Shown here: in pieces, positions 1 to 13,674 of the stretch
Position numbering within the stretch: position 1 is the first letter of the stretch
How the letters are laid out: each line of letters begins with the position of its first letter
Origin: Infirmifilum sp.
GTDB lineage: Archaea > Thermoproteota > Thermoprotei > Thermofilales > Thermofilaceae
DNA: 64,000 nucleotides
Direction of reading: 5' to 3'
Assembly (NCBI GenBank): GCA_041287245.1
Contig: JBEULP010000039.1
Span: 1 to 64,000, forward strand
Translations under genes and position numbers: made by a program
Notes under the pieces: generated by a model
What the model saw: the letters and a program-made list of their open reading frames with translations, nothing else
Database searches by the model: none
What the model was told of the DNA's origin: nothing

Positions 1-36
1 TGCGAGGGCGACATCCTCCCGCTAGACGACCGGCCC
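1..36 (-). tRNA. tRNA-Ala(CGC), 5' part only (truncated by window edge)
   Basis: Reverse strand reads GGGCCGG-TC-GTCTAGCGGGAGGAT-G-TCGCC-CT-CGC-A: acceptor 5' strand, D arm and anticodon arm. A BRE/TATA-like AAAAAGTTTAAG lies ~30 nt upstream. Confidence 0.8.
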
Positions 37-223
37 TCTTCGTTAGTTTTTCAACATGTCGCGCGCTTAAACTTTTTGTTGTATGCATGCAGAGGGATTA
101 TTTTTCAAGGGTTCTGGGCTATGCGTGCCCGCTACACATAGCCCTTGGGGTTCGTTAGCCTTCTCCTCTTTCAGGGTGAGCCCCTTCAAGCCTTCATCAG
201 CTTGTCAAAGAGCCCCGGGATTG

Positions 224-325
224 GTGAAAGCCCTTCAATCGCGCGCCCACACCACAAAAGAGGAACATAGGGACAGGCTCTACAAGCTTATAACAGAGCT
301 ACATCTCCTAACAGCCAAACCATAA
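224..325 (+). CDS. Putative ~33-aa helical micro-protein (3' part of ORF 83..325), paralog of 47108..47215
   Basis: KEEHRDRLYKLITELHLLTAKP aligns with the peptide at 47108..47215. Start is uncertain (TTG 221 or GTG 224). Confidence 0.4.
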   Translation: MKALQSRAHTTKEEHRDRLYKLITELHLLTAKP

Positions 326-460
326 CGATAAATTAAATTTATTTTTTCTCTCACTCGATTTTTTACACTCGACGCGCACGCAAGGCGGCCTGCGCCACAA
401 GCGAAAGTGGAGCAAAAGATTTTTCTACGGCAGGAGGTGTGTAGATTGCTGGCGGTTGCT

Positions 461-718
461 ATGGCAAGCGTACGCACGTTTGAAATTACAGGTGAGATGA
501 AGTTAAGGCTGGGTATGCGCCAAAAATTTCGGGTCTATGTTAGAGGTCTTGCGGAAAGGGACGCTTTAGAGTCTCTTTACAGTATACTGGGAAGCAGGCA
601 TAAGATTACCCGGAATCATATAAAAGTTCATGCGATCAGGGAGGTTAAACCGGAGGATATAGACGACACGTATATTAGAAGCTTGGCGCAGACCGACAAG
701 ATTGTAGTTTATCGTTAG
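461..718 (+). CDS. rpl18a: 50S ribosomal protein L18Ae/LX (eL20)
   Basis: ALESLYSILGSRHKITRNHIKV motif; usual position before prefoldin alpha and ftsY; start moved to ATG 461. Confidence 0.9.
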   Translation: MASVRTFEITGEMKLRLGMRQKFRVYVRGLAERDALESLYSILGSRHKITRNHIKVHAIREVKPEDIDDTYIRSLAQTDKIVVYR

Positions 719-789
719 CTCGGAGTGCGGCAGCTCATTTTCGCGCGCGGAGACATAGAATATTTATGGTGGTGTTCGTTTTAGCCTTG

Positions 790-1185
790 ATGTCATCACA
801 AGTTTCCAAGGAGAGAATTGCTGAGGAATATGGTGTTCTTAGCCAGCTAGCGGAGGAGCTTCAGAAGGAGATAACTTTAGCGCAGAATCTATTGGAGGAG
901 GTTGAGTCTACGGTTGTCACTTTGAAGAATATAAGTAGTCTCGGCGAGGCTAAGGAAATACTTATCCCTATATCCTCGGGGGTTTATGCTAAGGCGCTCA
1001 TAAACAAGCAGGACAAGTTTCTCGTAGCGATAGGGTCTAATATTCTCGTAGAGAAGGATTTGAACGAGGCTATCGATTTTCTGGGCCAGAGAAGGGAGGA
1101 GCTGCAGAAACTTATTGAGAGGAGGATTGACGAGTTGAACAAGGTTTTACAGAGGATTCAACAGCTTCAGGCGGCTCTAAGGTAG
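790..1185 (+). CDS. pfdA: Prefoldin subunit alpha
   Basis: Coiled coils flanking EILIPISSGVYAKA...FLVAIGSNILVEK beta hairpins. Confidence 0.92.
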   Translation: MSSQVSKERIAEEYGVLSQLAEELQKEITLAQNLLEEVESTVVTLKNISSLGEAKEILIPISSGVYAKALINKQDKFLVAIGSNILVEKDLNEAIDFLGQRREELQKLIERRIDELNKVLQRIQQLQAALR

Positions 1186-1190
1186 CTCTA

Positions 1191-2102
1191 ATGGCTGCGC
1201 GTAGGCTTTCAAGGGTCTTTAAGGAGTTCGTCGACACTTTAGCGTATAAGGAGTTTACCGAGGAGAGGTTTGAAGAGGCTGCCTCGAGGCTCTTCATTGA
1301 GCTTGTTGAAAACGATGTTGCTGTGGAGGTGGCCGAGGGGATTGTGAATGATCTTAGGATGAGGGTGGTGGGTCAGAGGGTACAGCGCGGCAGGGATACT
1401 AGGGAGTTTTTGAAGAGTGAGCTTAGGAAGGTCTTGCTCGAGATCTTCGAGAAGGCTGGAAGTGTCGACTTCGAGGGGCTCGTAGTTGAGAGTATTAAAA
1501 AGCGAGGGATTTTTAAGGTAGTTTTTTTGGGGCCGAATGGACATGGAAAGACTACCACGATTGGGAAGCTAGCTTACCGCTTGAGGGCAAAGGGGTTGAA
1601 AGTTTTGGTGGGCGCGGCGGACACTTTTAGAGCTGGAGCTATTGAGCAGCTTTCTCAGATAGCTGCCCAGGCTGGCGTCGGTGTTGTTAACCTGGGGTAT
1701 GGTGCGGATCCTGCAGCTGTGGCTTATGAGGCTGTGGAAAGAGCTAAGCGTAACGCCTATGATGTTGTTCTTATAGACACAGCAGGTAGGCTTCACACGA
1801 AGAAGAACCTTATGGAAGAGATGAAGAAGATTATTAGGGTGGCGGAGCCCGATTTTAGAGTGTTTGTTGGGGATGCCTTAACAGGTAATGATGTTGTGGA
1901 GATGGGACGTACTTTTTACTCTGAGGTAGGCTTTGACGGGAGTATAGTCACCAAGTTTGATGCGGATGTGAAGGGTGGTTCGGTTGTCTCGCTGGTCTAC
2001 ATTACAGGGAAGCCGGTATTATACGTGGGCACGGGACAGCGAATTGTGGATTTAGAGCCCTTCGAGTATAAGAGCTTTGTCGAGTCTCTTCTAGTAGATT
2101 AA
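1191..2102 (+). CDS. ftsY: Signal recognition particle-docking protein FtsY
   Basis: GPNGHGKTTT, DTFRAGAIEQL, DTAGR, TKFDADVKGG SRP-GTPase motifs; no M domain. Confidence 0.95.
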   Translation: MAARRLSRVFKEFVDTLAYKEFTEERFEEAASRLFIELVENDVAVEVAEGIVNDLRMRVVGQRVQRGRDTREFLKSELRKVLLEIFEKAGSVDFEGLVVESIKKRGIFKVVFLGPNGHGKTTTIGKLAYRLRAKGLKVLVGAADTFRAGAIEQLSQIAAQAGVGVVNLGYGADPAAVAYEAVERAKRNAYDVVLIDTAGRLHTKKNLMEEMKKIIRVAEPDFRVFVGDALTGNDVVEMGRTFYSEVGFDGSIVTKFDADVKGGSVVSLVYITGKPVLYVGTGQRIVDLEPFEYKSFVESLLVD

Positions 2103-2160
2103 GTCTCTCCCGGCTGTCGTTTTCCCAAAGGTTTAAATCGATTTTCAGAGGCTAAAACCT

Positions 2161-3102
2161 GTGAAGAAGAAAGACTTTCTAACTCTTAGGGATTACTCGC
2201 CGGAGGAGATCAGCAGCCTAATTGATGATGCGATTCTGCTGAAAAAGCTGAGGCAGAGAGGTAGGACTGTCCTCCCCTACCTTTCAGGCTTGAATGTAGC
2301 AATGATTTTTGAGAAGCCTTCTACGCGGACACGGGCATCTTTCTCCGTAGCTGTGGCAGAGCTAGGTGCGACTCCGATATCCTATTCTGCTCAAGAGCTT
2401 CAGCTCTCACGGGGCGAGCCGGTCAAGGATGTGGCAAGGGTTTTGTCACGTTATCATCACGCTTTGGCTGCTAGGGTTTTCAGGCATAGCGACCTGGTAG
2501 AGCTGGCAACCTTTGCAAGCGTGCCCGTGATAAACCTTCTGAGCGACCTGTACCACCCTCTCCAAGCCCTAGCCGACTACATGACTATACGGGAGAAGAA
2601 GGGCCGCATCAAGGGTGTAAAGATAGCCTTCGTCGGTGACGGGCGAGATAACGTTTTCAACTCGCTCGCCATAGCAGGTGTCAAGCTTGGAGCAAGGGTG
2701 AGGGTTGCGAGTCCTAAGGAGTTTGCTCCAGACGAGTCACTTCTCGGAGAAGACGTGGCGGCGAAGATTGAGGTTTTTGATGATCCTGCTGAGGCGGTGA
2801 GGGATGTTGACGTTGTATACACTGATGTCTTCGTGAGCATGGGGCAGGAGAAGGAGCGCGAGGAGAGGATGAGGGTGTTCCTACCTAGGTATCAGGTCAA
2901 TAAGGAGCTTCTAAAGAATGTGGGGAGAGACGATTACATAGTCATGCATTGTCTCCCAGCGCATAGAGGCGAGGAGATAACTGACGATGTTATTGAAAGT
3001 CCTCAAAGTGTTGTCTTCGACGAGGCTGAGAATCGGCTCCACACGTCTAAGGCGGTTCTGCTCTATCTCCTCAACCCGTTGTGGAGCAAGAATCTTGAGT
3101 GA
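2161..3102 (+). CDS. argF: Ornithine carbamoyltransferase
   Basis: [31 protein letters not shown] motifs. Confidence 0.95.
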   Translation: MKKKDFLTLRDYSPEEISSLIDDAILLKKLRQRGRTVLPYLSGLNVAMIFEKPSTRTRASFSVAVAELGATPISYSAQELQLSRGEPVKDVARVLSRYHHALAARVFRHSDLVELATFASVPVINLLSDLYHPLQALADYMTIREKKGRIKGVKIAFVGDGRDNVFNSLAIAGVKLGARVRVASPKEFAPDESLLGEDVAAKIEVFDDPAEAVRDVDVVYTDVFVSMGQEKEREERMRVFLPRYQVNKELLKNVGRDDYIVMHCLPAHRGEEITDDVIESPQSVVFDEAENRLHTSKAVLLYLLNPLWSKNLE

Positions 3103-3697
3103 TTGTTTTTCTCTTCGTGAATACTTCAACGTAGAAGTTTCCGAAGGCTTGGAGCGCCACTCTGCCCTCTAGCTCATAGAGAAGGGTGCACTTTCCGAGA
3201 AGTGACGCGTTTAGGCGAGAATCTGGGTAGAGCTTGCGTATCTCATGGATTGTAGTAGTGTAGAGTGGGTAAGCTATGCGTGCCTCAGCCTCAAGGGCTA
3301 AGCCTTGAAGATTGCTGTTGATGAGTTCCTCTAGGAAATAACATGCTAGGTCGTCCGCAGTGAATGGAAGAACGTAGAGAGCTCCTTCAGGGTAGAGGTA
3401 TAGCCTCTTCAATACCTCTAGTTTAACTTGGGTATAATTCGCGGGCTTTACCCCACCAATACTTTGAGAGATGACATATGGGGCACTCTCGAGCCTCTGT
3501 TTAATTTCCTCAGGGATTGTCTCCCCGAGATGGAGGTGGTGCACCTGGACTTCGTATTCTCGTTCGACGTCTAAGAGTAGATCGACAAGAAGAAGAGACT
3601 GCAGGTTATCTAAGGTTACGAGAATGAAGGTATCCTTTACTCTTGGGTTGAAGTTTCTTATAGAGCGCGTAAACCTTTTCTTTAACATTGTGTACAT
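3071..3697 (-). CDS. Hypothetical protein; degenerate TtcA/Ncs6 (PP-loop) family-like
   Basis: Motif order resembles Ncs6/TtcA ([11 protein letters not shown] ~ HNxDD; IAYPLY...EI ~ KPL...EI), but SGGKDS is replaced by TLDNLQS. Confidence 0.55.
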   Translation of the reverse strand: MYTMLKKRFTRSIRNFNPRVKDTFILVTLDNLQSLLLVDLLLDVEREYEVQVHHLHLGETIPEEIKQRLESAPYVISQSIGGVKPANYTQVKLEVLKRLYLYPEGALYVLPFTADDLACYFLEELINSNLQGLALEAEARIAYPLYTTTIHEIRKLYPDSRLNASLLGKCTLLYELEGRVALQAFGNFYVEVFTKRKTITQDSCSTTG

Positions 3698-3720
3698 ATC
3701 AGGGCTCTCTGAGTTAGTGG

Positions 3721-4107
3721 ATGCTCATGGTTAAAAAAGCAGTTATCGAGGTTGAGGGGTGTGACCAGGAGGCGATTGAGAAGGCAATAAGCACGCTAGA
3801 GGGATTTAGTGAGAGCATCCACGTGGAGACCCCCCAGGGACTGTCTAAAGTTGCCGTCCGTGTCAAGAAGGTGGAGAGAACCGAGGAGTACTGGGTCGTA
3901 AAAGTAGGTCTTTCAAAAAAGGATGGGTGGTTCTGGGGGGAAACCTTTCTAGTCCAGCTGGACGGCAGGGAGCGGGTTGTCCGTATAAGTGTTGTGAGAA
4001 GTAGGGGTGTCGGGCGTATCCACGCAGACGTCCTCGGCTTGTGGATAGTAGAGTGGCTGAAGAACTGGTGTGTCAATGCCTTTCCCGTGATCGTGGAGCG
4101 CTTCTAG
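3721..4107 (+). CDS. Hypothetical protein
   Basis: 128-aa ORF filling the gap between neighbouring genes, with normal codon usage and no recognised motif. Confidence 0.65.
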   Translation: MLMVKKAVIEVEGCDQEAIEKAISTLEGFSESIHVETPQGLSKVAVRVKKVERTEEYWVVKVGLSKKDGWFWGETFLVQLDGRERVVRISVVRSRGVGRIHADVLGLWIVEWLKNWCVNAFPVIVERF

Positions 4108-4114
4108 CTGGACG

Positions 4115-5425
4115 CTAGCTAGGAATCTTCGCACGCTTGAAGAGCCATTCCGGCTTTGAGAGTGGTCTAGTAGCGTCAATCCCAAGCTTGGAGGTTAAGA
4201 GAGTCTTCTGGTCGGCGGAGGGGTCAAGGCTACTACCCCGAACCCCTTTTATCACGAGTATGTCTTCATCCGGCTGCATTCTTGTAGTGATAGCCCACTC
4301 AACCTCTCTCGGGTTATCAGGGTCGACGTCGCCGTCGACGATAACAGCTATTTTCAACGAGGGGTGGGCGGCAAATGCTGCTAGTATAGCGTTCTTCGCA
4401 TCACCCTCCGTCGTCTTATCAATGCTGATTACAGCGTAGAGCCATCCGCCCCCGGAAACGGGTAGCCTAACCCTGTGGACCCTTGGCACAACCTTGCTTA
4501 CCGACTCCCATATTGAGACTTCCCGTGGAAAACCCATCAATAAGATGTGCTCGCTGCCGGAGGGCAGGATGGAATAAAAGAGCGGGTTTGGACGTGCAAG
4601 AACCTCCTGCACCTCGAAGACAGGTTCTTCACGTATTTCGTCATATGTACCGAGGATGTCTACAAAGGGCCCCTCGCTGGCCCTCTTACCCGGGATAAAC
4701 TCTCCGAGAATTATGTACTCACTTGGAATGGGTAGTGGCACGTTTTCCAGCAGGTCGACAGTCGCTGCAAGGCCACCGTCAACCAGCGCGTTGGCTACCT
4801 CAGCCTCATAGACGCCGTAGGGCGGGCTTGCGGCGGCAGAAACATACATCACGGGCGGGGCTCCTACAAGTATAGCTGCCTGCAGGGGCCGTCCGCTCTT
4901 CTCAGCCTTGGTGAACATGTGGTATAAGTGGCGGGGTACAAGCCTAACCGCGAAGTGTCTCTCATCCAGCAGGAGCGCCCGATGTATACTAGCATTAATC
5001 GCGGCCCCGTCGTGCTCTCTCGCGATGAAAATCCCTGCTGTAACGTAGTACCCCCCGTCTTTCTCGAAGAACTTCGGGATTGGAAGCTTATAGAGGTCGT
5101 CGCCCAGCGAGGACACCGAAGAGGCTTCTATACGTGTTAGCTTCCGAGGCGAAAGCAAAGCCCTCGACATACGCGTATATGCTTCAAGGTCGCTGGAGAC
5201 GCCTATTGCGCGGTAAAGCGACTCCCGGGTGGCCAGAATGTTTGAGACTACTAGCCCCTTTTCAGTTTGGATGAGCACGGGGCTAGGCTGGTTGTCAAGT
5301 ATAAACCTTGCAACTTGGAAGTCTAGACTCAAAGGCTTTTCAGGTGAAGCGAGCCTCCCTTTCGATGAAAGCTCTTCAAAGAAAAACCTGAAGTCGAGAC
5401 GTGGGTCCCTACCTGTCTGCATCAC
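4115..5425 (-). CDS. UbiD family (prFMN-dependent) decarboxylase
   Basis: PIPKFFEKDGGYY, NASIHR, EGPFVDILGTY, VDGDVDP..VEWAI, SSLDPSA, KLGIDAT motifs. Confidence 0.93.
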   Translation of the reverse strand: MMQTGRDPRLDFRFFFEELSSKGRLASPEKPLSLDFQVARFILDNQPSPVLIQTEKGLVVSNILATRESLYRAIGVSSDLEAYTRMSRALLSPRKLTRIEASSVSSLGDDLYKLPIPKFFEKDGGYYVTAGIFIAREHDGAAINASIHRALLLDERHFAVRLVPRHLYHMFTKAEKSGRPLQAAILVGAPPVMYVSAAASPPYGVYEAEVANALVDGGLAATVDLLENVPLPIPSEYIILGEFIPGKRASEGPFVDILGTYDEIREEPVFEVQEVLARPNPLFYSILPSGSEHILLMGFPREVSIWESVSKVVPRVHRVRLPVSGGGWLYAVISIDKTTEGDAKNAILAAFAAHPSLKIAVIVDGDVDPDNPREVEWAITTRMQPDEDILVIKGVRGSSLDPSADQKTLLTSKLGIDATRPLSKPEWLFKRAKIPS

Positions 5426-5427
5426 TT

Positions 5428-5910
5428 CTACGCCTCGCTCCTCATCACCACTTTAATGTCGTCCGCGTTGATGGTTACGGGCAGGACGTACACCGCCTCG
5501 GCGAGCTCAACCTTTACCTCGTTCCTGGTCGGATCGACGCTTACAATCTTACCCCTCATCCCCGCGAAGGGTCCCCGGATAATTTCAACTACATCTCCAA
5601 CTCTAACGCTCTCAACAACAGGCTTGGGCCTGATGAACCCTTCCATCTCCTGGTAGCTTATCGCCCCTCGCACAGCCCCGCGCACGTGCTTCATCCCCAT
5701 TACCAGCCGCTGCGCCTCGTATAGAGCGTCACATTCGATGAACACTAACCCCCTCACGCCGGGCACGACAACAATAGAGTTAACTCGAAACCCCCCACTC
5801 CGCGCTCTGTTGTAGAGAAGGTGGGCAACGTTATACTCCTGTCCAACCGTTACACGAAAAGCATAAAACCGCGGGCCCTTGCCAGCAGCTCCCTCCCCCA
5901 CAATATACAC
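5428..5910 (-). CDS. spt5: Transcription elongation factor Spt5 (NusG)
   Basis: NGN domain (VTVGQEYNVA...GLVFIE) plus KOW (GDVVEIIRGPFAG). Confidence 0.95.
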   Translation of the reverse strand: MYIVGEGAAGKGPRFYAFRVTVGQEYNVAHLLYNRARSGGFRVNSIVVVPGVRGLVFIECDALYEAQRLVMGMKHVRGAVRGAISYQEMEGFIRPKPVVESVRVGDVVEIIRGPFAGMRGKIVSVDPTRNEVKVELAEAVYVLPVTINADDIKVVMRSEA

Positions 5911-5911
5911 C

Positions 5912-6184
5912 TTATAGTTTACTCCTGTTTCTCAGGTAAACCGCGACGAACACGATAACAACACCAACCAGTATACCCCCGACTAGAGCATACTCCCTAG
6001 AAACAGACCCTATGCTCGCGAACTCAAGCATCGAGCCCACAAGTTGAAATACAAAGCCTATACCTCCCAACAACCCGAGCCCGAGCACCACGATCTTCAA
6101 CGTCAACATATACTCCTCTCTTGTAGGCTTAGTGGCAAGCCTCAGCACCTTCAACCAGTCGCTGAAAACATCAGACAACCCCAC
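5912..6184 (-). CDS. secE: Protein translocase subunit SecE (Sec61 gamma) with extra C-terminal hydrophobic segment
   Basis: VLRLATKPTREEY motif followed by GLGLLGGIGF TM helix; adjacent to spt5; start uncertain. Confidence 0.88.
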   Translation of the reverse strand: MGLSDVFSDWLKVLRLATKPTREEYMLTLKIVVLGLGLLGGIGFVFQLVGSMLEFASIGSVSREYALVGGILVGVVIVFVAVYLRNRSKL

Positions 6185-6291
6185 AACTCCACACCCAGTA
6201 ACCTGAAAAAAGCCAGTCATAAAAAGATTCCGCGTACTCCTAAAACTCGAACCCCTGCCTTAAGAAGTATCCCCCCATGAACACCTTCCTC

Positions 6292-6308
6292 AAAGTAATA
6301 TTTATATA
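6292..6308 (+). promoter_or_regulatory. BRE/TATA of rRNA operon
   Basis: AAAGTAATA-TTTATATA ~25 nt before the GC-rich structured leader. Confidence 0.7.
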
Positions 6309-6531
6309 GTCCCCCCTAACAAAACTAAATTGCGGCCGTGGACACCGGCGGCTCGCCTGGATCACGGGGGAAGTAACTTCCCCCAATGAAAAGGCGGCCT
6401 CCGTTCACGGCTACACAGTGCTTCCCCGAGAAAACTGGGGACCCACGTGGACCCCTGCACTCTCGGGGAAAAGAAAGTGAGGCGTGGTGCGCAGGTTCAT
6501 TAATCAGCGTGCTCACCCCGCACGCGGCCAG

Positions 6532-8031
<1,500 letters not shown>

Positions 8032-8165
8032 TTTTGATCCGGTCGGAAAACCTGCGCACCGCGCCTCACAATCAAAGTAGGTAGATGCAACCCCGGAGGC
8101 ACGTCCTCCCGGGTGAAGGGCGTAAGCCCCCATGCGCCGACATGGGGGATGATGAGCGCCGTGTA

Positions 8166-11298
<3,133 letters not shown>

Positions 11299-11389
11299 TA
11301 CGCGGCGCGATTACTCCTTGTTTTTCGACTTTTGTTTAATTTTTTGTAGGCAAGAAATAGATTTTAACCCCTTATGCGCAATAGTTTCG

Positions 11390-12292
11390 ATGAAGGTTTT
11401 AGAGGCAAGGATTGGACGTTACCCTCCGGCTCTTTACTTGTCTTCTGAAGCCTCGCTAATGGATGTTTTGAAGGGTATGGCGTCAAAGGGTGTGAGGCAT
11501 TGCCCGCTTGTGGATGGTGATGGTAGGCTTGTGGGTATGGTCTCCGTTAGAGATTTAGTCGATTTTATGGGTGGCAGGAGGTATGAGGAGATAGTACGTA
11601 GGGTTTTCCACGGGGATGTTGTGGGGGCTTTGCGGTCTACACATGCCATGGAGCTTAGCTATAAACCGCCTTTCGTATACTTGGATTCCGATCTTAGAGA
11701 GGTTGTCGAGACGATTATTGAGAGAGGTGTGGGCGCCTTAGCCGTCGTAGACAGTGATGGTAGGCTTGTGGGCCTTATCTCTGAGAGGCACATCACATCC
11801 CTGTTCGCAGATATTGAGACTCATGTCAAGGTCAAGGAGTTGATGACTGAGAACTTCGTAAGCCTGGCTCCAAGCGATACTGTTGGAAGTGCTCTTCGCG
11901 TAATGTCTGAGCGTAGGGTGCGCCGTGTACCATTGGTCTCAAGCGGTGTCTTGTCAGGTATCGTCACCGTTAAGGATGTTATCCGATTTCTAAGCTCTGA
12001 AGAGCAGCTTAAGGCCCTTGGCTCCGGCAAGCTCGAGGCTGTTTATGGTACACCTCTTTCATATATCGCCAGCAAGCCCGTCGTTACCGTCGACCCCGAG
12101 GAGGATGTGGGTAAAGCGATTTTGAGGATGAAGACACATAACATTGGAGCACTCATGGTTACGATCGGCCAGAAGCCCATCGGTATTCTAACCGAGCGGG
12201 ATGTTATGACAAGACTGCCTAAGGCAAAGGGTGTAGAGACATTTGTAGACGAGCTGCGCCAAACCATCTACGCTTCCCGTGTGGCATTCTAG
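11390..12292 (+). CDS. CBS domain-containing protein (4 CBS repeats)
   Basis: Four repeats of (H/A/R)xPxVD..G.LVG.(IS/VT).RD. Confidence 0.9.
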   Translation: MKVLEARIGRYPPALYLSSEASLMDVLKGMASKGVRHCPLVDGDGRLVGMVSVRDLVDFMGGRRYEEIVRRVFHGDVVGALRSTHAMELSYKPPFVYLDSDLREVVETIIERGVGALAVVDSDGRLVGLISERHITSLFADIETHVKVKELMTENFVSLAPSDTVGSALRVMSERRVRRVPLVSSGVLSGIVTVKDVIRFLSSEEQLKALGSGKLEAVYGTPLSYIASKPVVTVDPEEDVGKAILRMKTHNIGALMVTIGQKPIGILTERDVMTRLPKAKGVETFVDELRQTIYASRVAF

Positions 12293-12455
12293 ATGACACC
12301 ACTTACCCTCGCCGCATACCTGAAATGTATAACCCTGTAACCTTCCGAGTAAGTAGGCCAAGAGGCCTCCCCACAGGGCAGCGAAAATTACAGGCTTGCT
12401 CTTGCAGCAATTAGAGAAACGCTTATATACTTCTCCTAGGAAATAGAGGAACAGA

Positions 12456-12591
12456 GCCGGGGTAACTTAGCCTGGCTAGAGTGCCGGACTCATAATCTCT
12501 TGAGCCAGGATAAGATATCCGGTTTGCGGGGGCTCCCCCGCCCGGGGCGCAATGCGCGAAACCCCGGGTTCAAATCCCGGCCCCGGCACCA
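12456..12591 (+). tRNA. tRNA-Met(CAT), elongator type; intron at 37/38 (12495-12516) plus further intron sequence in the variable region; CCA encoded
   Basis: GCCGGGG/CCCCGGC acceptor, CCGGA-CT-CAT-A|A-TCCGG anticodon arm, CCGGG-TTCAAAT-CCCGG T arm; the variable region is 41 nt (12523-12563). Confidence 0.88.
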
Positions 12592-12699
12592 CTCCTTTTA
12601 TCTATCTAGAGCGTGTAGGGCCTCTGTGCCCGCTCGCTTAGAAAAACTTAAAAAATCAAAGAGCAGTAACATTACTGAGATCGACTCTCTCGCAGACGT

Positions 12700-12794
12700 G
12701 CGGCCGTAGTCTAGTCTGGTAGGATGGCGGCCTCCCAAGCCGCAGAGCCCTGTCGACGGCGCGGAGAACCCGGGTTCAAATCCCGGCGGCCGCA
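12700..12794 (+). tRNA. tRNA-Gly(CCC) with 21-nt intron at 45/46 (12746-12766)
   Basis: Full cloverleaf; BHB CCGC-ag^a-GCC...GGC-GCGG-ag^a; removal restores the 5-nt variable loop AGAAC. Confidence 0.95.
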
Positions 12795-12934
12795 TTTTTT
12801 CCAGGTGTATTCTATACGAGTGCTACATCTTTCCCGGTGGGGTCTTGAAGGCCTGTGCTTGTTAAGGTTTCTAAGCGCCGTTATAGCTCGCGAGCGAAAA
12901 CATATCGTCTCTCTCTTTATAGGATAATGTTTTT

Positions 12935-13285
12935 ATGCGTTTAATGAAAGGTTTTTCGGTGAATCTATTGAGCCTAACAGGTGTCGAGCGTTTCGTGTTG
13001 GCGTACATCTACTATGAATACGGTGGGAAGCTGTATTTCCAGTCTACAGGGTCCCCCGAGGAGTATCTAGCGGAGTTTATAACCGAGGAGTTCCTACCAA
13101 GGAAGAACCCGAACTACTCCAGGGTGGTCAGCGGCTTTGCCGAAGCTATAAAGGGTTTACGGGAGAAAGGCTATGTTTCGATGACGGGATATGAGGTTAA
13201 CCTAACGGACGAGGGTAAGAGGGAAGCGCAGAAGGTACCGCAGGAAGAGTATAGAGAGCTCAAGAAACGTTTCACCAAAGTCTAA
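12935..13285 (+). CDS. Hypothetical winged-helix protein
   Basis: C-terminal AIKGLREKGYV...VNLTDEGK wing signature; start uncertain. Confidence 0.7.
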   Translation: MRLMKGFSVNLLSLTGVERFVLAYIYYEYGGKLYFQSTGSPEEYLAEFITEEFLPRKNPNYSRVVSGFAEAIKGLREKGYVSMTGYEVNLTDEGKREAQKVPQEEYRELKKRFTKV

Positions 13286-13291
13286 GCATCG

Positions 13292-13636
13292 CTACTTCGC
13301 GATCTTGAAGATGTATTCTTGTCTTTCAGGGTCAAAGCTTCTGTTAACGAGTCCTTTCTCGACAAGCGAGGTTAGAGCTTGGTAAAAAGTTGCAGCCTTT
13401 ATACCTTCTTTTTTACTCCACTCGTATAGTTGGTTTCTACTCAAACCCGAAGGCTCTGAGTTGAGCAGCTGTAAAATCCTTTCTTCCACCTCACTTGTTA
13501 GGTACGCCTTGCCTTTCGCTTCTTCTGCTTCTTGAGCCTCGCTTTTTACCGTTTTCTCAGGCTGCGGCGTCAAAAAAGCTGTTAAATCAACGTTAGAAGT
13601 CTGTTTTTCTTCTTTTTTACGCTTGGAAGGCATCAC
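13292..13636 (-). CDS. Hypothetical protein, low-complexity N-terminus plus C-terminal winged helix
   Basis: EERILQLL..EPSGLS...FYQALTSLVEKGLV..SFD wHTH pattern; PIP-like NVDLTAFL. Confidence 0.7.
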   Translation of the reverse strand: MMPSKRKKEEKQTSNVDLTAFLTPQPEKTVKSEAQEAEEAKGKAYLTSEVEERILQLLNSEPSGLSRNQLYEWSKKEGIKAATFYQALTSLVEKGLVNRSFDPERQEYIFKIAK

Positions 13637-13674
13637 AAGTTCCCCATTTAAATACGCGTTCTCATTTATTATCT

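Noticed and set aside
171..240. Box C/D sRNA on the minus strand (TGATGA...CTGA)
   Set aside because: Box spacing is atypical and I found no convincing guide complementarity to the rRNAs in the window.
12456..12591. Reading this gene as tRNA-Sec or tRNA-Ser because of the long variable region
   Set aside because: 7-bp acceptor, 5-bp T stem, CAT anticodon and A discriminator fit tRNA-Met with introns.
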